Below the pieces are notes generated by a model. It was not told where the DNA came from. It made no database searches and saw nothing but the letters and a program-made list of their open reading frames with translations. Below, one piece after another: positions 1 to 24,626 of a stretch of 64,000 bases of DNA (position 1 is the first letter of the stretch; each line of letters starts with the position of its first letter). The translations under genes were made by a program, and so were the position numbers. The DNA is from Macrostomum lignano (lineage: Eukaryota): positions 62,001-126,000 of the forward strand of contig NIVC01002849.1 of NCBI GenBank assembly GCA_002269645.1, in the 5' to 3' direction.

Positions 1-422
1 AAGCAACGAATAAAAGTTACATTCTGTACGATATTGGTTGTGTTGGAATGTTGCGCTGAATTGCTTGCTGAAGCTTGCTGCAGTAGGGCGATGTACCACA
101 CCCTAAAATTGTGAGGTTAGAAAAGCAAAGCTAAATGAGTGATGAAGCTAATTATCTATGCTTAGAAGTCAAGTAAAAAAATTTCAAGCAAAATTTGCAG
201 TTTTGCATAATTTAAATCTATTAATTATATTTCTTCAATAACTTAGCTATATCAATTTCATAAATTTGAACTAGAAATAGCTAATTAAATATATTATACC
301 AAAACTTCATGAAGAAAATAGAAAACCATTGGCTTGAAATTCAATTCTAGATATTAAATTTTATCAATAGTAGTATATGTTGGCTTCTAAGACTTAAGAT
401 GTACTCGATAATAACATTGCAT

Positions 423-695
423 TGGGGCCATAGCCTAGTGGGCTAGGGCAGTGCTCTGATGTGCCAATGGTCTAGGCTTGATTCTAAGTGCAGTCACATT
501 AATTTAGAGCTAAATATTCACTTGGGTCTGCTTAGTGCTCATAAAATTAATGCTAATGAGGCATAATTTTCAAGGCATAGTGAAATGCATGTACCTAATA
601 ATAAAAAGTCAAGGCCACTATATAAACTCATATGTGAGCAGACCTATGTCATATATATCTACTTCTATATGCCTACTTAGGCTAGGCCCCATAGT
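423..695 (+). mobile_element. Decayed tRNA-derived SINE copy (same family as 47790-48144)
   Basis: Aligns by eye to the reverse complement of 47880-48144 (tRNA-like head ..CTCTGATGTGCCA..GATTC(C/T)AAGTGCAGTC.CATTAATTT.., then CAAGGCA.AGTGAA). Differences are mostly C>T and G>A. Confidence 0.55.
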
Positions 696-3317
696 CCAGA
701 TCATGGCAGGTGTACACCAGAATGAAAGTTCATGTTTTTTCAATTTTATGCCAACATAAAATTTGAAAAAAAATTTATACTGAGCCCAGAGTTGCTTGTA
801 CACCAATTTTTTAAGAGAGTATATATTATTAGAAATAAAAGAGTCTTTACAAAACTAAACTTTACAATGGCAGTTTTTTGCTAAAAACTGATATTCTTTA
901 TTTTAGTTTTGCTTTTCTTGTAAATTTCATCAATATTATTATTTTATTTTTATTTTTTGATTATTTTTAAAAGAGCTTAGATACTAGTTGATATTTAACT
1001 ACACGATTATATTAACCCTGAACTCCTCTATTTCTTGTACACCAACTGTGTGCACTTCATGTTGAACCTGAAAATTCTATATGCCAAGTGTATGCCAAGA
1101 TTGTCAGTGAGAGTAAAAATAAGCTGGAATTTTCCAGCGTAAAGGCCATCTTCAAGACTATGGGCTAGGCCTAGGAGAGTTAACAAAATAGACAATAATA
1201 CCTTTCATTAGTTGTGATAGTGTTACTTAAACTTAATGTGCACATATATGTATATAGCCCCCTGCTTTAATAACAAAAGGTACATAAAATTATTATTTGA
1301 TAATTTAATTCTCTTTGCAATTTGCAATTCCAATTGGTGCAAAATGATGTGGCTTGATAGTTTGTCTTTGGCACAAAGTCTATCAGTTGGGTAGGTAGAC
1401 TTAATCAGTGGTCATTCAATGTGGGGCGAATGCAGTAGACTTCAAACTTCAAGCAGGATATTGCTTGTGCGCCACTGAAACCAAATTTAAATTTTATTAA
1501 TACTAATAGTAAAAATTTGATGTGGGAAAATCACAACAAAGACCTAAAAAAGAAAAAAAACTACTTACATGAAACAACTGGCTTATAAAGTGCCATTTTG
1601 AAAGAATAAAATAAGAGAAAACTATTTTAATTTTTTCGGAGGGTAACACTATGCATTTGATCCTTTAGTTATTTAATTTAAGCTGTGGGTTTGTCGAACT
1701 TGCATTAAACTTGCATTTAAGATCTGCAAACATATTTAAGAAAGTTCAACAAAATTTTAAATAAGTGTAACTAAAATTACTAATGAACTAGAAGATAGCA
1801 CAAAAGGCACAAAACACAAGAAACGGCTTCCGAAGTCAATCGGTTCTTTAAAAAATTATTATTCTTGCTTCTACGAAAACGGCTTAAATTGTCAATTTAA
1901 AATAGCTACAACTTTTAACTACCGTGGATTCACGACTGTTCGGCTTGAATGTTGAATTATTCTTTTTGAATTTGAATTTTGAATTTTGAATTTTGAATTT
2001 GAATTTTTTGAATCATTAACTCTAATTTGTGATATTTGATATGATGCTTCGTATAGTTACTTAGGATTATTAGGATTACTTAGTTATACTTAGTTACTTA
2101 GGAGTTAGGATTACTTAATCAGGGCATTCCCGCTCAAATAAATATTTTCTTTTAGCAATGATTGCCAATGATCATGGATCATGACGCATAGCACAACTTA
2201 TTACTTGATCTGGGACCAAAGAAGATTGCGGCTGCAGCGCATTCGATACCATTATCTGACAAAAGAGGACACATTCCCTTTCACTTAGACAAGAGGACAC
2301 TTAGACAAACCAAAGCAATTGCAAGTCTCCTATGTCTCCTATATACCTTGAGCAGCCGGGCCTGATGCAGAGTACCCAGCAGGAGGACACATTCCCTTTC
2401 ACTCATAACTGCATGTAGTTTATTTGTACAGTAAGCATGTAAATCTATACTACACCAACGCCTCGGATAACGTTCTAGAATTCATTGCGTACTGTGTGGC
2501 TCATTAATTAATGCTCCCAGCTAGAGTTTTTTCGCGCTAAAATACTACTGACAGGGGAGCAAGATACTTCACACGAATGATGCCCATTACATATATAATT
2601 GTACATGTATAGTTGTACACAATAAATACATTTTAAGTGCAAATATTAAGCTCTATCTGAATCGTCAGGCGCCTTGAAATATATTTCATATAGCTGAATT
2701 TAGTTAATTTTTATTATCGTACACAAGGCATGAAAACACAAACACAGTAACTGTGCCGCACTGTATGTAGGTGTAGCTCGTAGTAAATGATTATCACAAT
2801 TATTACAAAACACATCAAGTTGTTTATTGGTTTATTCCAAATAATAATCTATTACAGGTGCTTCTTTTATCAATACTACCGTAATAACTACCATTGCTAG
2901 CAAATCCGTCAAGCCAATCATGACAACAAACAGATAAAAATAAAGGAATTAATTAAGCAAAAGGAACGATTGTAGTCAGGTTCGTATTAAATGATAACTA
3001 ATCAACAGAGCATGTATAAGAATCCAATTACTATACAACAAAGACATCAGGTCACAGGCAGATACATGTGTTGCATAGAGTTGAGTTCAGTTAGAAGATA
3101 CAAACAGCCTTAAAAATAGATGAATATATACTCAATAAACTGCATGCACAGCTTACGGAATTGTTTAAGACGGAACACTTTATCATCCGCCTGCTTTACT
3201 TGAAGTAGCCAGTTACAGATCCGACATAAATGTACTCGCACTAGGACATGAATAATAAAACACCTAGGCGCCGAGCTATTGAACTTTTGTATTGCAACCG
3301 AGACGCTTGACTGAAGC

Positions 3318-14967
<11,650 letters not shown>

Positions 14968-15218
14968 GGCGAGTCAGCAGCGCCATGGAGTTCGGGTTGG
15001 TGCAGCCGCCCGTTTTATGTGCTACCGCTTGGCTTCCGGTGCCGGCTTACCTCAGCTGGGGAATGCAGCGTTTTTACTTGATCAGCTTAATGAGTAGTGC
15101 GCCTTCCTTCGCATTTCCAAACTTACTGATCAACAAGCATCGCATTCTCCAAACAGTAAAATTCTCAATTACCCACAATCCCTAAACTATAAACTAAAAA
15201 TCTGCCTGTTCCCTAAAC

Positions 15219-15590
15219 TGCATGTGACTCAAATTGCACATGACTCAAATTGCACATGACTCAAACTGCACATGACTCAAATTGCACATGACTCAAATTG
15301 CACATGACTCAAATTGCACGTGACTCAAATTGCACATGACTCAAATTGCACATGACTCAAATTGCACGTGACTCAAACTGCACGTGACTCAAATTGCACA
15401 TGACTCAAACTGCAAATGACTCAAATTGCACATGACTCAAATTGCAAATGACTCAAATCGCACATGACTCAAATTGCACATGACTCAAACTACACATGAC
15501 TCAAACTGCGAATGACTCAAACTGCACATGACTCAAACTGCACATGAAACAAAACTGCACATGACTCAAACTGCGAATGACTCAAATGGC
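15219..15590. repeat. 16-bp tandem array (TGCACATGACTCAAAT)n, about 23 units, upstream of UVRAG
   Basis: TGACTCA recurs every 16 nt from 15225 to 15529, then at 15562 and 15578 (22 copies). Confidence 0.95.
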
Positions 15591-16309
15591 TACTGCACAT
15601 AACTGAAATAACTACTGCACATTCATCAAAAAGCATATTGCCTGAATAAAATGCTTTTTCTTCTTTTGTTCTCAAAAAGTAATAAAAGAATCTAAAAAGC
15701 ACATTTTTTAAGGAATCAAAGCAACATTTTTATTGCAATACTGTATAACGTTGAAAATGAAATGACTCACAATGGTTGGATTATGATCAAATTGGCATGA
15801 AAATTTTAGAGCATAACGGTTTACAATTCACATGATATATGTGTATAACTTCATTTAGAGGAATTTAACAATATATTGTAGTGAGACAGGCGGTAGAAGA
15901 AACTACTATAAGTAGCCAATGACGCGAAACAGATAACACAGTGACTAATTAAATCATCAATTTCAGTTTTAGAGTGGATTTAACTTCCAGTGGAACATGT
16001 ATTCAAGTTCAATTGTATTTGGCACAAAGCCAAAAAATATAATTATCATAATTGATAATTAATTTAATTAATCACACGAGGCTCTAACAAAACTAGGGTC
16101 ACATTTGAGCGTCCAGAATTTAAATTAACAGGGCCTGACAACTTAAGCTCATAAAGTGGAGTTCCTAATCATCCCCTTGGTTGTTTTTTTGGCTTTTTTT
16201 GCCAAACCCAGCTTCCTGGTGTCACTGTGAACAGAATGACGCATCATTCGTGTGCAGAGGTTACTCGGGTTACTAGGTTACTACGTACTACTATGTGTAC
16301 ATAGTAGTT

Positions 16310-16482
16310 CAGAGGTTGGCAAACTCCGGCCCGCAAAGCCTCTCTATCCGGCCCTCGGGTCCTTTGAAACTTCACAATAGCAATCCGGGCTGCTCAAGGT
16401 CTGTGTCTCTTCTCAGCTCTCTTCTCTCTAATCTCCCCTCTCTTCTCATATCTCACTTCCCTCTCCTCTCTCCCCTCCTCTG
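16310..16482 (+). mobile_element. hAT/Charlie-like MITE fragment with CT-rich tail
   Basis: CAGAGGTTGGCAAACTCCGGCCCGCAAAGCCTCTCTATCCGGCCC..CACAATAGCAATCCGG..TCTCTTCTCAGCTCTC matches the copies at 5222-5446 and 50623. Confidence 0.55.
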
Positions 16483-16696
16483 ACCTGAAGCATTACCAAT
16501 TGGTTGAGACAGGGCATCATTACCAATCAGAACTGTGCAAAACAAACTTAGAAGGATTTCATAAAAGTGACAGAATTTTTTTCTCAATTTCTGAGCTGTA
16601 TAAAATCACTAATGTAACAAGTGAGCGCTGGTTCATTGAGATGAGGAACTTTGCTTTTGTGAGAAAAAATTAAAAAAACACACAGAATCGGAGCAA

Positions 16697-17158
16697 CTAT
16701 TTGCCAGTAATCTGGCTAATGGGATCTCGCAGCGAGTCAGCCAGTTTAGCAGCTTTCAACCGGAGCATGCCCAGCGGCACGGTGGCATTGGCGTAGAGGC
16801 ACAGCAGGATGCTGCTCACGTAGGCTATGTACAGGCTGCCATTGGTACATACAACAGTCATGTCCTGCAGGCCGGCTGGGGCTTGAGAGCTGGCAGCCCC
16901 GGCCCCTACACCGCTGCTGGGGCCTCCGACACTGGAGCTGCTGTTGCCGCCGCCGCCGCCATTCACTGAGCAGCGCTCCATGGTGTCCCACAGGTTGGCG
17001 GCGATGGCGGCCAGCACGCGGGCATCGGTGTCGGCAGTGTAGCCGGAGCAAGCTAGCAGGGCTCCGTCCAGAGATAGGAGCAGCGACGATTGAACTCCGT
17101 CTGTGTTTGTCTGGCTGAGCAGCTGCGCTACTGAGCGCGGCTTTAATGTTATTCCAGT
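16697..17158 (-). CDS. LAMTOR2: Ragulator complex protein LAMTOR2 (Roadblock/LC7 fold), 5' end lacking ATG
   Basis: The frame reads TGITLKPRSVAQLLSQTNTDGVQSSLLLSLDGALLACSGYTADTDARVLAAIAANLW...SILLCLYANATVPLGMLRLKAAKLADSLRDPISQI. It is collinear with LAMTOR2 ([53 protein letters not shown]...LLCMYAKETVGFGMLKAKA). The start is placed at the phase-0 acceptor CCGCAG|ACT (17158). Confidence 0.85.
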   Translation of the reverse strand, partial: TGITLKPRSVAQLLSQTNTDGVQSSLLLSLDGALLACSGYTADTDARVLAAIAANLWDTMERCSVNGGGGGNSSSSVGGPSSGVGAGAASSQAPAGLQDMTVVCTNGSLYIAYVSSILLCLYANATVPLGMLRLKAAKLADSLRDPISQITGK

Positions 17159-17423
17159 CTGCGGATTGGCGGCGGCGGGCTTGCATTGTCCTACTTGACT
17201 ACTGGCCAGTAATAGATGGCAGGCATTAATAGGTATAATTATGATCTAATTGAGAATAAGGGAATAACTTGAGAGTATCTTAAGTATCCAAGATAGGATT
17301 CTGGTTGTTGGGAATAGACTACAGTTACAGACATACACAATTATGCATGACAGGAGAGGTCAAGAGATCTTGATCAAAATATAACTGGGACCTCGCCAAG
17401 GACAATAAAAGATGCAGAAAACT

Positions 17424-18305
17424 CCATTACAGATGAATGGAAGGTGCAGACTCCTTTATTACAGATGAATGGAAGGTGCAGATACCTTCATTACAGATGA
17501 ATGGAAGATGCAGATACCTTTATTACGGATGACTGGAAGATTCAGATACCTTTATTACAGATGACTGGAAGATTCAGATACCTTCATTACAGATGAATGG
17601 AAGATGCAGATACCTTCACTACAGGTGACTGGAAGATTCAGATACCTTCATTACAGATGACTGGAAGATTCAGATACCTTTATTACAGATGGCTGGAAGA
17701 TGCAGATACCTTCATTACAGATGACTGGAAGATGCAGATACCTTCATTACAGATGACTGGAAGATTCAGATACCTTCATTACAGATGACTGGAAGATTCA
17801 GATACCTTCATTACAGATGACTGGAAGATTCAGATACCTTCATTACAGATGACTGGAAGATTCAGATACCTTCATTACAGATGACTGGAAGATTCAGATA
17901 CCTTCATTACAGATGACTGGAAGATTCAGATACCTTTATTACAGATGGCTGGAAGATGCAGATACCATCATTACAGATGACTGGAAGATTCAGATACCTT
18001 TATTACAGATGGCTGGAAGATGCAGATACCTTTATTACAGATGGCTGGAAGATGCAGATACCTTCATTACAGATGAATGGAAGGTGCAGATACCTTTATT
18101 ACAGATGCCTAAAAAGTGCAGATATCTTTATTAAAGGTGACTAAAAAGTGCAGATATCTTTATTACAGATGCCTAAAAAGTGCAGATATCTTTATTACAG
18201 GTGACTAAAAAGTGCAGATATCTTTATTACAGGTGACTGAAGTGCAGATACCTCCATTACAGGTGAGTTTAAGGTGCAGATACCTTTATTACCTATGACT
18301 GGAAG
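17424..18305. repeat. 32-bp minisatellite (AGATGACTGGAAGATTCAGATACCTTCATTAC)n, about 27 copies
   Basis: Visible periodicity that degenerates at both ends. Explains the short ORFs at 17597-18144. Confidence 0.92.
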
Positions 18306-18805
18306 GTGAAAAGAATTTTTTTAACTCAAACCCATCAGCGAATGCTATAAAAAGACGCGAAGCAAAGTACTATTGAATTATTTACTTACACAAGGTTTCA
18401 GCTGACAAGAACTGCAGGTGAGAAAAACACGCTTGAATAGCAAAAACTGACGCACAAGTTAATATAGGCGGAACATTAGAATGGGAAATTAAAAAGTAAA
18501 TATCAGCTCACGAATGAAACAGGTGAGTTGAGCCAGAGTGAAATGCAGCATTAATAAATACATGCATCTTAGAGCAATATAAACTTTAGCACCTCAACAA
18601 AGTAAAAATTGGCTTATCAAATCAATAATTATAGCACACGGAAAGATAAACAAAAATTCGGAGACCATTTGTTTATTTTATTTACACGCAAATAAAATGC
18701 TTCTAGTTAAAAGCTGACTAACTAGCAAATAGTACAGGACACAGGTTGTGGCAATAATATTTTTACAGCAGCTAATAAAAGTCAATTGCAGGTGTGCAGC
18801 AGTCG

Positions 18806-19399
18806 TCAGACACTGCCTCGCCTATCCCTGCCCAGAGACTCCAGCTGAGTGGACAAGCTGGACAGATCCTCAGCTATGGACTGCAGGCCGCAGATGAGGC
18901 TGCTAGCTCGCTCGTTGTACACCTGCAGGGTGTCAGTCAGCTGGGACAGCTTCAGCCTGGCGGGCGACGGGATCTGCTCGCCGTCGGCGAATAAATTAAT
19001 GTTGAGGTTCACCTGCTGCTGGTGATGCTGAAGAGGATGAGGCTGAGCAGCTGTCTGCTGCTGCTGCGTTGGCTCTTTATCGACAGTCTTTGTAGATTTG
19101 TCTCGAATCGGCTGCTTCTGTCTCTGCTGCTGCTGAAATCTGTGGCGCTGCTTCGGCACCGCGGAGGCGGTCGCCGCCGCAGGCCGGACTCGCGCGGCGG
19201 TGACAGCGGCTGCGTTGGTGGCAGTTTCGGTTGTTGCAGACGCCTGGCTAACTGTGGCGGTGACAGCGGCTCGAGTCCGATTGGCCACCACGGAGGCTGG
19301 CACGGGCAGGCGGGACTGGCGCCAGTAACGACTGGCAGCGACAGCGGCCTGCTGCGATGGCTGAGCAGCGGTCCGGCTGCTGGCTGCTTTGGTGGACAT
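18806..19399 (-). CDS. Hypothetical 197-aa protein (Ala/Gln-rich low-complexity N-terminus, heptad-like C-terminal helix)
   Basis: GC-rich ORF in AT-rich flanks, with an acceptor-like TTCGCTCTCCAG 10 nt upstream of the ATG and AATAAA (minus strand) at about 18672-18677. No family recognised. Confidence 0.5.
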   Translation of the reverse strand: MSTKAASSRTAAQPSQQAAVAASRYWRQSRLPVPASVVANRTRAAVTATVSQASATTETATNAAAVTAARVRPAAATASAVPKQRHRFQQQQRQKQPIRDKSTKTVDKEPTQQQQTAAQPHPLQHHQQQVNLNINLFADGEQIPSPARLKLSQLTDTLQVYNERASSLICGLQSIAEDLSSLSTQLESLGRDRRGSV

Positions 19400-19710
19400 T
19401 GCGGATCAGCTGGAGAGCGAACAGTTATTTACCTATGACATATGAATTTACGCTCGTAAGCACTTGTCAACATGCCATCAACTGTGACAATATAGTGGAT
19501 AGCAGCATCAAAAATGTCAAATAGGAATTTTGCATCACTAATATATTTCGGTATAGAAAGGTATAAATGTAACCTGTTTTTTGCAGACATGCATGCACAT
19601 ATGTATTTAATCTTATTCTATAAACTCCAAGCGAGCTATATATAAGTTGGTGATGCCAGCTATATCCGATTGAGAGTTGCCCAGTTGCAGAGCTGCTCAA
19701 TCAAGTTTCA

Positions 19711-20130
19711 CTACTAGCAGAGCCATCCAATCAGGTGCCACCATTAGCAGAGCCATCCAATCAGGTGACACCATTAGCAGAGCCATCCAATCAGGTGCCA
19801 CCATTAGCAGAGCCATCCAATCAGGTGCCACCACTAGCAGAGCCATCCAATCAGGTGCCACCATTAGCAGAGCCATCCAATCAGGTGCCACCATTAGCAG
19901 AGCCATCCAATCAGGTGCCACCATTAGCAGAGCCATCCAATCAGGTGCCACCACTAGCAGAGCCATCCAATCAGGTGCCACCATTAGCAGAGCCATCCAA
20001 TCAGGTGCCACCATTAGCAGAGCCATCCAATCAGGTGCCACCATTAGCAGAGCCATCCAATCAGGTGCCACCATTAGCAGAGCCATCCAATCAGGTGCCA
20101 CCACTAGCAGAGCCACCTAATCAAGTACCA
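19711..20130. repeat. 30-bp minisatellite (CCATTAGCAGAGCCATCCAATCAGGTGCCA)n, 14 copies
   Basis: Exact 30-nt periodicity, with a degenerate unit on each side. Confidence 0.95.
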
Positions 20131-21937
20131 CAACTGGTAGAGCCACCAAAAGGTAACTCGTCACTACTGATACTCAGCTAAGTGCATAAGGGCAGTTGCT
20201 ACAATTCTAGCAACTATATATTTCTAGATCTGTGGCAGGAACACCACTTGGGTCTGCACTTAAATGAAAGCTTATTAGAGAAGTGTAGTAGCCTAAATAC
20301 ACCCAAATTTTGTGATATTGATACATGTATAACGATAGTGAATAGATTTCATTTTACTTTAACTTCTTATTACAAATGACTAAAAGTTTTAATTTATTTT
20401 GATTGCTAAGTTTGTTAATTTTAATTGTTTGTTTTATTTAGTCAACAATTTTTTAATTTATTACTTACTTGCATTAAACTTACTATGACATAATAAACTC
20501 AACCAAAATGAATCTATCATAGTAAATTATTTGTCAAAATGGCCAGCTTTAGATGAAATAGTCATAGCAAAAGTCTTTTCTGCCATTATTGACTTTTACC
20601 AAAAATTTCTTTGCCAAAGTAGGTTGAATCCTTGTAATAAACCCAACTAAGCCTATCTATCAATTATGAATAAATGGCAATCTTTTGGATAATAATCATT
20701 GCTTAACTTACCAGCTTTGATTGACAATCACCATTGAAATTTGTTTCTATTCTTTGTTCAAATTGTCCTGCAACTGAGTCAATTCCAAGTTGGGTACTTA
20801 CTAACATACATGCGCAACTGCTGGCCAACCTGGCCGATCTGGCCACCGTAAATTGTGGTGGACCAGGGGTAAGTCGCAAAAATGCCCAGCCTAAAGAATA
20901 CAGACGTAGTACTAATTAGATGACGGGGAATTTAGCCCTTATAAGACAGTCATAGTTACTCCTGCCGTTTACCCAAAATTGCGTTAGGGTTTCTTTCACA
21001 GGTAAGTCGCATTTTTGGTCAAAAAGTAAGTCGCATGGCCAGTGTAAATCAGGGGGGTTGCGCATGTATGGTACTTACTAAATATCCCACAAAAGTAAAT
21101 GCTATACTTTTGGTTAATTATCACTTGTATATACCAGTAACATTGAAATGATTGTCTTTTAAAATTGAAGGGGGTGCACACTGTGCTCTGTTTGTAATCC
21201 ATAGTTCTCTTTGTTTTATGCATTAAAATTGAAGCCAAAGCCTTTATGCAATGGGACCATTTTATTTCAGACATGTGCAAGCTAATGTTAGGAAGGTGTC
21301 CAGTGTATGCCATAATTTTTTAGGCAAAATTTTAGGTAAATGCCAAGTACCCCAAAAATTGTTAATGTGACTTTGTTATATACACCAAAATTTAACAATT
21401 ATACAACCTCACCTTTGTGCTACAACAATAAAGAACCTTTTAATGTTGCAACCATCAAGAAATTTTTTCCATTGTTACATTTGATATTTATGTGTACATT
21501 AAGAAAATAAGTGTCATGTCTATTTCTCCTTTACAACAACTTGCAATTACACAAAGTTCCAGTACCTAAATTCTTTAAAATAGCACTATCACATTTAATT
21601 AATAGTTTTATTTTTTGTTTGCACTCTTGTCACCTCTTAGCTGCTACCTTTTTCTTCAAAATTTATGAGATAATTATTCTAACTTTTGTTATAAAAACTA
21701 AAAGATATTTGAACCTATTTTCAAACAGTTTCTATATCACTTTTTGTATACCAAATACAACTTTTTAAGATCCAAATATGCCAATTAACTATGAAGGGCA
21801 AATGCATGCCAGAAAATTCTTTTAACCATAAACCTTTTAACCATAGTGTGCAAGTACTTTAAGGCTTAAAGTAAGTCTATTTTCTTAAAGAAATGAAGTT
21901 TGTACTTTGGAATACAATCATTTTAATGCAATTTTCA

Positions 21938-22120
21938 TCTCTACATATAAAAATCAAAACTCTGTCTGTCTGTCTGTCTGTCTGTGTGTGGACAATTTTG
22001 ATCGCTATGGACTCCGAAACCGCTCAACCAAATGACACCAAACTTTACACCCACCCTAAACTTACTACGGAGAATGTCTTAGGCTACCTTTTAATTTCCT
22101 AGACTCAAGTCTTCCTACCT
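21938..22120 (+). mobile_element. Possible 5' end of a non-autonomous Helitron-like element
   Basis: A|TCTCTACATATAAAAATC..(CTGT)n..CCGAAACCGCTCAACC..AAACTTTACAC resembles the TC-start / (CTGT)n / AACCGCT layout of invertebrate Helitron-derived repeats. No 3' CTAG hairpin located. Confidence 0.35.
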
Positions 22121-23101
22121 AAAAGTAAAAAAAACTGCTCAAAATGCGCGATTTTTTCACTAAATTCTCCATAGCGCCGCTCCACTTCTACCGATTCTCT
22201 TCAAATTTGACACAGGCAATTTTCAACTATTTTGACACAATCGTGTAAAATTTCAAATCTCAAAGTTAATCCTGAAAGCCGCTGTGCACTTTTAAAGTTA
22301 GGCTGTTTTTTCAGCGTAGCAACCACCCCAACCTCCGCCCGCCTGCCTCTCTTTTCCGATCTGGGCCCAGATGTGTAAAAGGGTTTCAAAATTGACTAAC
22401 TTTCAGCTGCCATAAGTTTGCTCCACGTAAAGCGATTGACTTCAAACTTGACACAATTCTTCATTGACCCATTCTCTGTCTAAATGTAAAGTTTCAACTC
22501 TGTAACTCAACCGAAAAAGAAACTGTAAGCATGTGAAGTTTGTCTGCTTTTTCTGTTGTTTGTGCCACTCACTCACTCATTCCCCAGAGCCAGACGAAGG
22601 GTCAGGCGATAGGACTGAATGTACATAGCAAATGTACAGTGTTTTGGAATAACTTTATTTATAGCCTTCTCGCAATCTCGCACCCCGAGAGTGGAGAGGC
22701 TACGTTTAGCCATAACAGTTTAGTGAGAATTCTAACCACTGCCCTCCCCTCTGTATTGGCAAACTCTGCAGCAGTTTAACAGTGGATGGCAATTGGCAAA
22801 TCGAGGCAATCCAGCATGGTTTGTAAAAGCGAAATATTTATGAAAAGGTGATGCGATGCAATGAAATACAACCCTACTAAATTAGGCACACCATGGAAAT
22901 TATTAGTTTCTCTTAAAAGTACTTTGAAATTTAAATGGCCTAAGAAATGCGTATTTCCTTGGTTGTTAGACTGATGCAGACTGCAGTGGAGCTGAAGATA
23001 CACAAATTCCTTTCAGGGCTGCAAATTGGCAAGAAAGATGACGTGATCAAAGCATGAGAATAACGATGAGAGTAGTACGTCCCACAAACTGGCTTTCGAA
23101 G

Positions 23102-24626
<1,525 letters not shown>

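Noticed and set aside
1965-2120. (TTTGAA)n and TTAGGA/TTACTTAG runs as interstitial telomere repeats
   Set aside because: Short, degenerate and not (TTAGGG)n. These are ordinary AT-rich simple repeats.
17424-18305. CRISPR-like regular 30-35-bp repeats (also 19711, 41451, 48668, 54395)
   Set aside because: Head-to-tail units with no unique spacers, no cas genes and a eukaryotic context.
20800-21400. Possible DNA-transposon remnant (recurrent TAAGTCGCA)
   Set aside because: No TIR pair, TSD or transposase motif could be supported.
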